Shown: in pieces, positions 11,723 through 24,809 of the stretch
How the letters are laid out: the number at the start of each line of letters is the position of its first letter
Position numbering within the stretch: the first letter of the stretch is position 1
Origin: Callorhinchus milii
Lineage: Eukaryota
DNA length: 64,000 bases
Direction of reading: 5' to 3'
NCBI RefSeq assembly: GCF_018977255.1
Contig: NW_024704742.1
Span: forward strand, 32,986,001-33,050,000
Program-made: the position numbers and the translations under genes
The notes under the pieces: model-generated
The model's input: the letters and a program-made list of their open reading frames with translations, nothing else
Database searches by the model: none
What the model was told of the DNA's origin: nothing

Positions 11723-12759
11723 CATCATCTCCCCTCCACTTCCCCCCCCCCAAAAAAAAAACCGCTCTAAAAAGTCTAGAGGTACATAATGATATGTTCA
11801 TAATCATGATGATGATGATAATAATAATAATAATAATAATAATCCTTGCCCTTTGAGACGTCTCAAAGCTTGTGACGGAATGTATTGTACAGCGGGTTGA
11901 CTGTGCGGTGCGCGGGCAAAGTTTATCCGCGTCTGCAAGACCTGATGGAGAGAGAGGGAGAGAGGGTGGGGGCGGGGAGGGGGGCGTGGGGGTGAGGGCG
12001 GGGGTCGGGAACTGTTTTTAGGCAATTGTTGAACAAGTTGTCGGCTAATTCAGCTTTGGTCGGTTTGCTGCCCAAGGGTTGCGAAGAGCCATAAAGTGGC
12101 AGCAATCATCCAGTCAGGCTATTAGCTGTACAAATGCAATTAATATGCATTGCAGGTGTGCAGGCAAGTGCTGCTGGAGGAACTATTTCTTCTACACTAA
12201 GGCTAAAGCTGTTGTCTTTTGTTGAAATGTTTCTCCCGATGCCCTGGCCGACAATCTCTCAAATAAGATTGGGGATTCGCTTCATGGGCGTCTGTGGCAC
12301 ATTACTGTGTGCACCTTGACTGCTGCGTTCACCTACAAATTACACTGCACTTAGCAGTAAATGCTTGAGATGTCCCCCTAAGGTGAAGGGCCCCATATGA
12401 AATTCAAGTATTATTTATCAGTATTTGAATTATTTATTATGTTAAAACCCACACAATAAATTCAAATGATTTTTTCTTGTGCTTGATAATTGATGTTAAC
12501 AGGAGAAAAGCTTGTCAAAATTGATTTGTGAACTACTTTTAACTTGAAGAAACATAAAAGCTAATGGCTGAGGAAAAGTAAAACGCCAATAATTGTATTA
12601 TTTTGACATTTATGTGAGTTAATAGTAAAGATGTGTTAAAATCAGACAGACAATATGTTCATTTTTAATCAAAATATTATTAGTCTTTTTGGCTTTTGAT
12701 GATTGGAGGGAGTCACTTGTTGAATATCTAGTGAACTACTATTTTTCAATTGAGTATCC

Positions 12760-13262
12760 AGTTTGGGGAGTGTAAGAAGGGTTTCTTTAGTGCTGAGTTT
12801 GTTTCAAGATCGCACGGCTGGCAGTGGAAGATTGGAATTGAGTCAATCTTCTGTGGTAGTCTTGGTTATCCAATACCTGAGGCAAGTCCACAGTACCCCA
12901 AGGAACAGCTGGTGATGGTCCAGTCAGCCTCGGTCATTAGGAGGATTAGTCTCGTTGCTGGGATTTTTCACGCTCGGCTCCTGATAATCTTGCATACCAA
13001 AGCTCTAGAGGTGAACCTAGTTGGATAAATAACAGGAACCCTTGCAATAATTGGCTACAGTTTTATCAGGTTAAACTCCACCACTACTGTAATATACACA
13101 TACACACCAAGCCTTGGCTTTTGCTAACATGCGCTAAACTCTCTAGGTTTAGGTGAACAGGGTACATCCCTCTATAGAGAGATTACGCACTCAAAACCGG
13201 ACAAATGGAAACTATATGAATGTTGGATTCTCAGGAGCTTGGTTTGGTGATGGGTTACAGCA
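12760..13262 (+). mobile_element. Family X LINE 3' fragment (diverged)
   Basis: Shares ccaagccttggcttttgc.aac, taggtgaacagggt...ccctc and the upstream block also seen at 14465-14700. Confidence 0.65.
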
Positions 13263-14464
13263 CCAGCCAAATACTAGGGTGAGCAAAATACAATAAGTAA
13301 ATCAAAATTAAGGGAGGCCTAAGTTGTATTTTACACAAATGAAGGAGTCTGAGTTTAGATACCAGCTGTCAGATCAGAATTGAAGTTCTAAAGAACACCA
13401 TGCTTCTGCTCTTAGGTTTGGGTGATTTTTGTTTCACCACAATGTGGCATACCATTTGATGAATATTAGTTACCAGGAGACGATCAGTAAAAATCACATT
13501 ACATTTTACTCCAGAGCCTATGTGAATGATCTCAGAAGAGAAAGTGTAGATTCACGTCTTCTAGATGCCTCAAAGCGCTTCACAGAATATACTGTAAAGT
13601 AAGTTGACTGTATATTTTGTGCGCAAAACAATCCCCATGGTTTCATTTCTGGGAGTAGCACACTTGTGCTCTAGTGTACGGCGATACTGAGTTACCTTCA
13701 TATTGGTAATCAGATTTCACAGTCATTCAAACCTAGCATTATATTCCAATGCAGCATTGCATTGAATCTGTTATATGGTCCACATATACCACCTGTAAGC
13801 ACCATCCGCATTCATTGTCTCCAGCAATTTTGCTTTCTTTTTTCTTTGTCTTGCAGCCCTCCAGTGATGTGATCTATCTCCTGGTTTTAAATTAGCGCTG
13901 GTGCACTGATGTGAAAGTTGTACATTTTGGAATGGAAATAACAAGAGTGGGAGTCTAACCAGTTTGATAAAGTAGCTATCCAATTCCACCAACAATGCCT
14001 GATTCCTGAGCTGCCCACCTACATGAAAGGATGCTTTGCTAGCTGTGTACAGTCTCCAATAATCACCTCTGTGTACCATATACAGCAAACATAGATGCGA
14101 CCTTTATGATCCTGCAAAGTAACATTTGTTGCTCACTGCTGTTTTCATTCTGTGCAGATACTGAATTTGGATACCAGCTGTCAGAACAGAATTGAAGTTC
14201 TAAAGAACACCATGCTTGTGCTCTTAGGTTTGGGTGATAGCCAAATATGGACATTTTTGAACTACAATAGTGTCTGGTTACATTTGACTAATCTGTGGTT
14301 CCCTGCCTTTACATTTTGTCTGTTCGTTCATGCAAAAATGTTACTTAAATGGGCTTTATTGTGTAATGCTTAGCAACTCGTCCAGTTTTTAAGTGCACAG
14401 TGCACAACATCTGGCATCAACTGTAATTTTTTTCTGGGGGGTGGGTGGGGGAGGGCGAAGGAGG

Positions 14465-15665
14465 TAAGCTGGTTCTCCTTGGAGCTGAGTTGGATCCAAG
14501 GTGACGTGATTGGTAAAGGAATGTTGGAATCAAGTCAACCCTCTGTGATGGACTCCATAGTCTGGTTCATGAGCCAGACAGGTCCATAATACTCCAGGGC
14601 ACGTCTCACGCCAAGATTAGCCAGCCTGCTCATTGGCAGAACTTGAAGTGGCAGATCATTGGAGGGGTAGATCAATCACTGAGAGTAGGGAGCAAATAAT
14701 CCCGTAAAAAAAAAAAAAAATTTGGTCACTGAAACCAAGTTTGTGGGATACTACTCTACACAATTGACTGCCACGTTTCATCCACAAAATATACAGTCAA
14801 TTCACTTTACAGGATGTCCTGTGAAGCGCGTTGAGACGTCTCAAAGACGTGATAAAAGGCTATAAGAACATAAAAACATAAGAATTAGGAGCAGGAGTAG
14901 GCCATTCGGCCCCTCGAGCCTGCCCCGCCATTTGATAAGATCATGGCTGATCTTCAGACCTAACTCTAATTACCTGCCCTATCCCCATATCCCCTAATCC
15001 CTCTATTTTTTAAAAATCTATCAGTCTCAGCCTTGAAGATGTTCAAGGACTGAGCATCTACAGCCTTCTGGGGTAGTGAATTCTGTAAATTCACTACCCT
15101 CTGAGTGAAGAAATGTTTCCTCAACTCTGTTCTAAAAGGCTGACTCTTAATTTTAAGACTGTGACCCCTAGTTATAGATTCTCCTACCAGGGGAAACAGA
15201 CCCTCAGTGTCTGCTTTATTCAGCCCTTTAAGAATCTTATATGTTTCAATAAGATCTCTCCTAATTCTTCTGTACTCTAGAGAATATAGCCCTAGTTTAT
15301 TCAGCCTATCCTCAGAGGTCAGTCCCCTCATCCCAGGAACTAACCGAGTGAATCTAAGCTGCACCCCATCTAGGGCAAGTATGTCCTTTTTTAAATAAGG
15401 AGACCAAAACTGGACACAATACTCTTATGTGCGCTCTCACCAAGGCCCTATACAGTTGCAGCAAGATTTCCCTACTCTTGTACTCTAAACTCTATATCAA
15501 ATACAAGGATTATTATTATTATTCCCACTCAGCTCCTGTTAACTTTGCAACCCAAAGTCCTAACGGTTAGCATGGTTCCAGCTGGACACACACGAGAAGC
15601 GTGCCAGACACTGCTTTGAATGGCAAACTATGGGGTTGTAACTGATTAAACTCCAGCAATATCCC
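14465..15665 (+). mobile_element. Family X fragment split by a SINE, which is itself split by a CR1
   Basis: X runs 14465-14704 and resumes at ~15521 (attcccactcagctcctgttaac). SINE 3' part lies at 14721-14864 and 15492-15521. Confidence 0.7.
14864..15491 (-). mobile_element. CR1-type LINE 3' fragment
   Basis: Minus ORF 14966-15364 (RFTRLVPGMRGLTSEDRLNKLGLYSLEYRRIRRDLIETYKIL...TRGHSLK...FFTQRVVN) is a CR1 ORF2 C-terminus. Tail reads taagaacataa on +. Confidence 0.92.
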
Positions 15666-15856
15666 GATGATAAAATTGTTCATTCACTTCATGGCTGTTT
15701 GTGGGACATTGCTGTGCACAAATTTGTTGCCTCATTTACTTCGAAATCACTTCACTTTACAGTAAATGTTATGAAGTGCTTTGAGACATCCTAACGACAT
15801 GAAAGAAGTTATATCAAATAGAAGGATTATTATTATTCATGGCTTAATAAATCCAA

Positions 15857-16086
15857 AGTCTTGAATTTTCTCATTTGCCTTAAGGCAATTGTTTTAAAAT
15901 TTAAGATCTCGCAGAATTTTGGAAATATCTGAAATTCAGTTTTAATTTGGAAGCAGGTTCTGTTGATGAACTGTGGGAAAACAGGTTACCAATTAAGACT
16001 GAATTTAATAATTTCTCAAATTTCTGCACAATCTTAAATTTTACTGCAATAGTCTTAAATCTAGGACCATGAGAGATTTTGGGCCC
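15857..16086. mobile_element. Palindromic MITE-like element
   Basis: ~75-bp imperfect inverted arms (ttaaggcaattg...cagttttaatttggaa / ttaccaattaagactg...caatagtcttaa); ends ccatgagagattttgggccc. Confidence 0.65.
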
Positions 16087-16459
16087 CTACTCACTTCTTC
16101 CACAAGTGAACAGTTTTATCTTATTGGTGAAAAGTTCTTTTTGGCTTCCCTTTTGAATATTTTTAATACGTGTCTCCTTGGTACAGTGACTTTATGACTT
16201 GATGCCCAGAACTGTGCACAGAGCTGCAGACAGGAAAATACCTGCATTTTATTTATAGCAACCAACCACTTTGATTTGATTTGTACATTTTTTCTCCCTT
16301 CACTAAACCCATAACCTGGTATCCTGATATTGAGTTTAGCAACAAACAAGTACTGGTTGACCTATTGGTTGTATTTCACACTAATGCCAGATTACAGAAC
16401 ATTAGGAGGGGATATAAAATTGGAGAGAGCAATCCTAATGAAACTCTGACAGCACTGAT

Positions 16460-16905
16460 GATCAGATACCTAAGCCAGGCAGGTGCACAGTACTCCAGGA
16501 CGTTATTCATTGATCTGCCTGCCTAGCTCATCAATGGACTTGGAGGGGTAGACATATCACTGGAGGGGGGACAGAAACGGGATTCTTCCTACTCAACTCT
16601 CACTAATCCTTGCAAGCCAATGCCGCATTGAATAGGGTGGTTCTAAGTGCACAAACGGAAGATTATCAGTGCTCTGTACTGATAAATAGCTTGGTTTTAA
16701 TTGGTTTCATTCCCACTGTTCGTAAATGTACATTTTGGAGACCATGAAGACGATAATCTGCGATAATTCTCCGGCATAAATAAAGGGAGTGGGGTCTTTT
16801 CCCTCCTGGAAAGAGATTATGCATTCCAGAACAGCCAGAAAATTTGCTTCTGAGGGTTCTCAGTAGCTGAAACTGAAGGCTGTTAAGCACTGGGCTTGGT
16901 TTCTG
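16460..16905 (+). mobile_element. Family X LINE 3' fragment (diverged)
   Basis: ggacttggaggggtagac...tgcaagccaatgcc...tagggtggttc matches 9187-9280. Confidence 0.65.
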
Positions 16906-19900
16906 CCTGTGTCTTTATATGAACTCTCCTTGTGATCCTGGTAGCCTTAGGTGTGTGTGGGGTGGGGGGGGGAGAGAAGATGTCACAGGTCATGTAATCT
17001 TTTTTAACGTGATTGCAACATGTGGACAGCAATTTTATTTAATGCATAAATTAAATAAAAATTGAACTCTTAATTTTAACTCAACTCAAATTCAGCTTTT
17101 ATTTCACAATGCCCAGCTTTGTTCCCAGCTAAACCATTAGTGATTAGTAGTGATCATGGGGCTTGATTTATATTGAAGTATATTGATACTGAGTTGTAAC
17201 CAGAGTTACAAGAGCAACTCCTGACAGTAACCAAGTCACACCAATCTGCAGAAGTTGTCGTAAACAGAAATAAAGCGGGGTTTAGTGATGAAAACATTGA
17301 CAGTCACTGTGCTATGTCTACTTTTTTAAAGGTACGGGTACACACTGATGGTACATTTCATGCCATTCTTCAAGTGTCAGCCTGGACAGTGGAGGGTTGG
17401 ATGACTGTAGAGGATGACATCCAAATTCAATCCTGTCCTTAATCAACATCGATACATGTGCCCTTTTCAATAGAAATCCCTGGAAAACAATGAGGAGTGG
17501 AAATCGTACTTGATTTTCTTTCTCCTAATTCGGTGGCCCTGAGGCCAGTGAAAGCCCCCACTTTCGCCTGGTTAAGATTAGCTAATGCAGAACAGGACCA
17601 AAGATTAAACTTGCGACCTCCTTGGCCTGTGGCTTAGCTACTTTTAATCATAGCGAAACAAACATTCCATTGGCAAAACTCGGATTGGTTAGAAAAGGTG
17701 GCCAGAATGTTTATTTAAAAACATGCGCTAAAATATAATGAAAATAGTAGGATGGAATTCATTCATATACATGTTAGTATTAAACAATAATTTTACTTAT
17801 TTATTGTTATACAAGGTAACAATACATTAAGGCTTATTGTAAGTGCTCAGTTTGTGTGTGGCTAACGCAATCACTAGCTGTAAACATAAAACTGGTCCAA
17901 TTGTCTAAACAGTGAATACTTGTTGCAGATTTAAAATAATAACATTCCTTGCATTTACTATTGTGGGATGTCCTCCTGACGTGAAAGGCACTATACAAAG
18001 GTAATTGTTGTTGTTGTGCCTTATCAGTTCGACAAGACATCTCAAGGTTCTTCATAGGATATATTGTAAAAGTGGCATAATTTGGTCACTCAATCCACAA
18101 CTGTTTGTGAGACACTGCTGTGTGCAATTGGCTGCTCCCCATAAAATAGAGTCAATCCACTTCACAATATATTCTGTGAAATACTTTGAGACGTCTCAAT
18201 GACATGATAAGGCCCTATGTCAAATGCAAGGATTATTATTATTTTGGGGACAACCGTGGCAGCCAATTTGCACACACAGTGTCCCACATACAGCTATGGA
18301 GTGAATGACCAATTTTATTTGGAGGATTGTTGGCTGGGAAACTGGGAGAAACTCTTCATTTCAAATACATTATACTCCAGTGGTTTCTGATAAAAAAAAG
18401 TACACATATTTTCTACAATCGTGGCTTTACACGTTCATGGGCCTGCGTTAGATATGATTAGTGAAGACTGATTACATCTTCCTGTCTGGCAGACATGTTC
18501 AAATTTTTTAACCAAAATCTTAAATCTAGTTTTCCTTTGTCACATAACTTTCCTTAACATGTTTTAAGATGTACTTAGGTTTTTTTTTCATACAATTTAT
18601 TTTAGTTTACCCTATTCTCTTTGAGACCCATAATCAGTAACATATTTTGAACCACTGCCAATCAAATTCCACATGTATTACAGCACCATCAGTTAAACAG
18701 GAAAGTATAGAATGAGGTTTTAGCTTTCAAATGTGCAGAAATATCAGGATATCGGGTGGGCTGAACAAGACTTAAGTCGATTATTTCTGTGTGGATTGCA
18801 TCACACTGCATTCTTTGCAATGTGTTAAATGTTCTGTTGCAGAATGGGAACGATTCCAAGTAATTTATGTTTTGAATGTGTATCTAATACATGTGGTCAG
18901 CAACTGGAGGTCTTTAAAGGGTGTTCTTTTCCCAGCAGAGATCATGTGGTAATGTAACATCTTATAGCTAGCTGTCTGAACTGTGTTGCCTGTCAGGACT
19001 CCTCCCAGAATGGTATCAGAAATACTGTTTCTTAAATGCTTGCATGAAGGAGTCATGATTGACTCTCTTCAAGTAGAAGCCTGATTCAAACGGTCACGGT
19101 AATCTGAGCGTGGAAAAAAAACTTTTAGAACGTAGCAGGATGACGGCTTGGTTAAATTAACAACAACAACTTGCATTTATACAGTACCCTTCACATGGGG
19201 GAGCATCACGGAGTGCTTGTTAACAAGTTAACAAGGTATTTCAGATTGTGTTAGAAAGACGAATGAAAAAAATAGCAGTCAGTGGATGTGGCTGCATCAT
19301 GTAACCATTTTGATATGAAAATTGTATCTCAAATTTACTCTATATTGCATACAAGTAAATTTTGTACTGAAGATTCCCTCAACTGCAATATCATAAGATG
19401 AGTGAACTAAGCCTTGGCGCTCCAGAAAGGACCTAGCACAGATTTTGTAGAATTCTGCAAGTCATTCCCTCACAGAGAGAACTCTTTTTAACCACTTTCT
19501 GCTTTCTCTTGTCAAGTCAGTTCTCAATCTAGTTATCTAATTTGCCATTAATTCCACGAAGCTTCATTTCCTTCAAAAGCCTAATGTGTGGTAATCTTCT
19601 GCAAACTCAATTATGTTACACATTAATTTTGTTGCCGCCTAAAAGAATTCCATTGAATTCATGAGGCATATTATCTTATATTTCAGTGAACATGCTGGAA
19701 CAACAAAAATGTTGTACTACAAACTACAGCGTTTTATATTCTATCACTTTCTGTCTGTCCAAGATGTTACTCTACATGAAAAGCTCTATATAAATGTTAG
19801 TTGTTGTTTTGTGGTGAACAATAATTTATCATCTACATAAAAACATGACAAGGCTTTAATCAGATTTTCATAATGTCCTTCCTTCTTTACACAATGATCT

Positions 19901-20857
19901 ATTTATAAAAACAGGGCTGTCAGGAGAATGTATTCATTTGCAAAGTAAAGCTGCCAAAAAGCATGTAAGATGTCAATTATAATAATGCATTTATATAGTA
20001 CCTTTCTCATTAAAAAAAGTATCAAATTATTTATTACAAATAATATAGATTAGAAATGTTGTTGTTATACTGTGTAGGCAAACATGACAGCTAATTTGCA
20101 GTATCCCACATATAGCAATGAGATGAGCAGCAAATCAATGTGAATTGGGAGGTAAATGTGGATTAAGAGTGGAATACTATACAAACCAGGATAACCAATG
20201 AAACAGCAGTAACAGGGTAACTCCTTTACCTGAATCACAACGCAGAAGAAACAAAATATTAATAACACAATCAAAAAATGGGATAATGATCTGGAAATAA
20301 ACAATAAAATGGTACATATTAAGAAAAATACAGTATTGCTTTCTTTTTTGAGGGTATCTTTACTGCTTCTCTTCCCGACGTCTTCTCACCACCCCACCCC
20401 ACCCACCCCCATCCCCACACCCCCACAGCAATATTCAGAGAAGACTTGTTTTGTGAATTAATCTACACATAAGAAGCTACCAGATCAGCAATGGATTCAA
20501 TTTAAGGGTTGGCTTAGCAACACAATTTCAAAGTTTGTTATGCTAACCATATGCGATGTGTACAAAAGGAATTACAAATGCCTTTGTTTATGCAACTCAC
20601 AACAAATAAATGATTACAGATGATTTTGGAATTTTGCAATTCGATCATTGTTTTTTAGTTGCCTATCGTTATGCATTTGCAGATTGTTATTTCAACCAAC
20701 AATGGTGCATATTCAACCTATATACTAAGCCCTTTTATTGTGGTATGATTTGTGCTGATTTATTTTTATTTTGGAACTTGTTGGGAGATTTTTCAATTAA
20801 ATGGGAAGGAAATCTGTCTATGTTTGTCCTCTGATCAATTGATGTCAGATTGCTTTC

Positions 20858-21010
20858 TGGAATTAGGTAAGCAGGAATCATCCATCCAGGGAGATAACTG
20901 CACAATTCCATAGGTACATTTCCATGCATAGGTGGCATGCACATTTGGAATCTCAATCTGGTTTGATAGTCTAAAGCAAAATGTGTATCAGCTACCTTGC
21001 TGACCAAAAT
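20858..21010 (+). mobile_element. Family X LINE extreme 3' fragment
   Basis: gaattaggtaagcagg...tccagggaga...tttccatgcataggtggcatgcac...ccttgctgaccaaaa. Confidence 0.65.
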
Positions 21011-23044
21011 AAATAATAATAGGAACATTGTCGTCCTTTTTTTAACAAGTTATTCCCTTCTGTGGACGATGAAAATTATTAAAGATTTGTCATTTTCAGG
21101 CAGCGTTGTGGTGAGGGGTGGGGGTGTGGGGGAAATGATCCACAACTGATGATTCATTGGCAATTGTGCAACAGGTCAAAGAAGGATATTCGGATCTCTT
21201 GGCTGTTTAAGATTTATCTTGGCACCGAATAATTTGATTTGATCACTGGAATTCATTGATAGGAATTTATGGAACCTGAAAAGACCATTGGAGTCCATCT
21301 GGTTTTTAAAATGAAATAAACCTGCACTATTCTATCTCTCATTTGGCACAATTGATCTATTTGCCAAATACCTTCCTAATTTTCTCATGAATATACTGAC
21401 ACAACCAATCTCCCCAAGTAGTCCTGCCACATATTCACTGCTCTTTCTGTAAAGACCTTTCATCTGAACTGTATGTTCATCTTCCACTCTATCTGGACAA
21501 TACACTAAGAGTGGATGAAATAATTGTGGTTATTTGATCCAGAAAGAATATCAAGTTCGCTCCAGTGAAATAATTGAATAATATATATAATAATAATCCT
21601 TACATTTCACACAGGGAGGACGTCCCAAAGCGCTTCACAGGACATACTGTAAAGTGCAACAAATGTGTGTTTTGTGAGAGAAGGTGGCAGCTAGTTTTGG
21701 ACAGCAGTGTTCCTACCAACAGCCATGAAGTGAATGACCAATTTTTATTTGGGGGATCGTTGGCAAGGACAACAGGAGAAACTTGCTACTATTTTATTAA
21801 AAGACATTGCTAAAATATCATATCACTCACTGATGGGTCATAGATCCAGAATTGGCAATATTTTGGACTTCTTTCATCCTCCTGAAATTTCAGAAGACAG
21901 AAAATGGCCTCAGGATTTTCTCACTGTATTCTTATTGAATTGCGAAACACTGATATCAAAGGTTGCCAGAAATCAATGACATCAATATGTGTTTGTTGCA
22001 AAATTGCACTTTGCTGCTCTGAAAAGATTGAAAAACTAATGGGCCCAAATTCTTAGGGGCCATACAGTCTGAATCTGGAAGCCTTGAAGGAATTCATCAT
22101 GTAATACCACATATTTTCCCCTATATTATTTCAGAGCTGTTATAACTTTGTTTTAATGCTTTTAGGGGATAAAGCAAGGGCCTCATAGAGGTCCCCACTG
22201 AAAAGGCAGGAACTATTACGAGCTAAATGAAACAATTCCCTTTGCCAAACTTTTGAATTTCAAGTGTTTGACAGTTTTGTTAAATTGCAACTGAATTTGG
22301 TGCATGCAAAGAGCTAAAAATGCTACAGGCCCAGATATCAGCTTTCATAACACCATGCATTTACTTTTGAAAATGACATGAAAGTACATGCAGGCCAAAT
22401 TGCGGGTGCTTTGACTGAAAAATTGTCAGTCAATTGGTGCTTTGTTTATTTAGTTCTCTCTGTCTTATGCACATCAAGAACAGAAATGTACCACTGTATG
22501 ACTTGAAACCAGTGTCCAAAGGTTCTGACCTTTGTGTTGAAAGTGCTTTCTCAAAGCTTTCCTCAATCAAACAAATCACAAGGAATGAGATATGGATAAA
22601 GAAAGCCCTTTGTCTATTTGATCTCAAACCTACCACCTTTCCATCATAGCATCTTAAATTAACCCAGTGTCTTGACCTCAACTGCCTTTCATGAAAATCC
22701 TTTCCAGCCATTGTTACCTATGTATAAAGGAATGCTTCATGATATTTATTCTGATCTTGCTCTTCATAATTTGTTATCCATCACTGTGTGATATTGGAGC
22801 CAGAAACTGACTCCGAACTATTGATGTGGAATGGAGGGAGCTCTATCTGAGTGGTTGCCCTGGTAATAGAATCATTCCTATGGAAAGTACTCATTCCTAG
22901 CTTCCCACTCAGTCTTCAGATTTTTTTAAACTGTGCCTTTCATGGGTTTGTAGTGGAGAAACCATTTATAAATTAAGCGGCAGGGACTTGGAATGGAATC
23001 CCTTATGTAATTCATTAGAGTTTGTACATTTCTCTCCCATCCAG

Positions 23045-23372
23045 CTATATTTGACATAGCATTTTTCATATTGTGTAGATGTCTCAAAGGGCTTCACAGG
23101 ATGTACTGTAAATTATAATAACTGCATTTTGTAAGCAGATGCAGCAGTCAATTTGCACACAGCAATGTCCCACAATCAGTCATGAAGTGAATCATTTTTT
23201 TATTTGTGGGTTTCTTCACAAGGACAATGAAACTCCCTTCTATTGTTTGAATAATGCCAGGGGATCTTTAATGTCTATCTGAACAGACAGATGGGACCTC
23301 AGATTAATGCCTCATCTGAAGGATTGTACCTCCAACGTTGCAGCACATACTCAGCACTACACTGGAGTGTCC
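23045..23372 (-). mobile_element. Older Deu-domain SINE just upstream of the exon 2 acceptor
   Basis: ggatctttaatgtctatctgaacagacagatgggacctc...ctcatctgaagga is the reverse complement of the Deu core. Confidence 0.7.
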
Positions 23373-23437
23373 GCCTATATATATGATAAATATGTTTCAC
23401 AATGTAACTTATTGAAATATTTTCTTTTGATTTGTAG

Positions 23438-24809
23438 GTACCAGATACATACAGGACTTCAGCACTCCATTATAAGGGCTGGACAGCCTAATTGTATACC
23501 CTTGGATAATGTAACTCTTCCTCAAAAGCTTCAAGAGGCTGGCTACTCAACACACATGGTTGGAAAATGGCACCTAGGGTTTTATAAAAAGGAATGCCTG
23601 CCAACGCGAAAAGGATTTGATACATTTTTTGGGTCACTTACGGGGAGTGGGGACTATTATACCCATGACGTCTGTGATGGTCCCAATGCCTGTGGATATG
23701 ATCTGCACAAGGGCGAAAACGTGGCTTGGGAGTACAGGGCTCACTCCTACTCCACCTTCCTGTATACCCAAAAAGTAGAGGAAATCCTAGCATCTCACAA
23801 GCCTAAGGAGCCAATATTTTTATACATTGCTTTCCAAGCAGTGCACACACCTCTTCAAGTGCCTAAAAACTACCTGGGTCAATACAAGTCAATCCAGAAT
23901 GTGGGCCGGAGAAGATATGCTGCTATGGTAACATGCTTGGACGAAGCAGTGAACAACGTTACACTGGCATTGAAGAAATATGGTTACTATGAGAACAGTA
24001 TAATAATCTACTCTTCGGACAATGGAGGGCAACCATTAGCCGGGGGCAGTAACTGGCCACTTCGCGGGCGCAAAGGAACATATTGGGAAGGAGGAATTCG
24101 TGGAATTGGCTTTGTCCACAGTCCTCTACTCAAAAACAAGGGGGCCGTGAGTCGCGGATTGATGCACATCACTGACTGGTATCCCACTTTGGTGACACTA
24201 GCAGAGGGAGAACTTGAGGAGAATTTGGGTCTTGATGGGTATGACATATGGGAGGCAATCAGTGAAGGGAAACCTTCCCCGCGGACTGATATTCTGCACA
24301 ACATTGACCCGCTTTACACACGTGTCAAAAGCAACTCACCTCATGACGGATTCGGAATCTGGGACACCACAATTCAAGCAGCAATCCGAGTTGGAGACTG
24401 GAAATTATTGACCGGTAACCCGGGTTTCAGTGACTGGATCCCACCTCAAACCTTCCCAAATTTTGCTGGGAACTGGTGGAATCTTGAAAGGGTATTTTGG
24501 GGTAAAAGCAAAACAGTCTGGCTATTTAATATCACAGCAGATCCTTATGAGCGGGTTGACCTTTCTCAGCAGTACCCTGAGGTTGTTAAGAGGTTGTGCT
24601 TGAGGCTGGCTTACTACAACGTGACTGCAATTCCCGTCAAGTACCCTCCAAAAGATCCGAAGAGCAATCCTAAACTCAACGGAGGTGCTTGGGTACCATG
24701 GGATAGTGACGAAGAGGAAGAGACTAACTTAATTAATAGCTTCCCTGAGAAAAGACCCTGGAATACTTGCAACATGCAACTGCGTTTCAAAAAACCTGCT
24801 TGGGTATAG
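23438..24809 (+). CDS. Arylsulfatase I/J-family gene, coding exon 2 (rest of the sulfatase domain; spliced protein 553 aa)
   Basis: Pyrimidine tract and AG (ttttcttttgatttgtag) end at 23437. CG+G rebuilds Arg, then [12 protein letters not shown]...[13 protein letters not shown]...SSDNGG...KGTYWEGG...[12 protein letters not shown] to TAG at 24807-24809. A two-exon layout split at TGR/YQIH is characteristic of ARSI and ARSJ. Confidence 0.97.

Noticed and set aside
23307..23437. N-terminal 44 aa of the 500-aa ORF as the real start
   Set aside because: It is intronic and partly SINE-derived. Sulfatase homology starts after the AG at 23437, and the catalytic Cys is in exon 1.
24008..24411. Overlapping and antisense ORFs within exon 2
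   Set aside because: Expected by-products of a long coding exon; no recognisable motifs.
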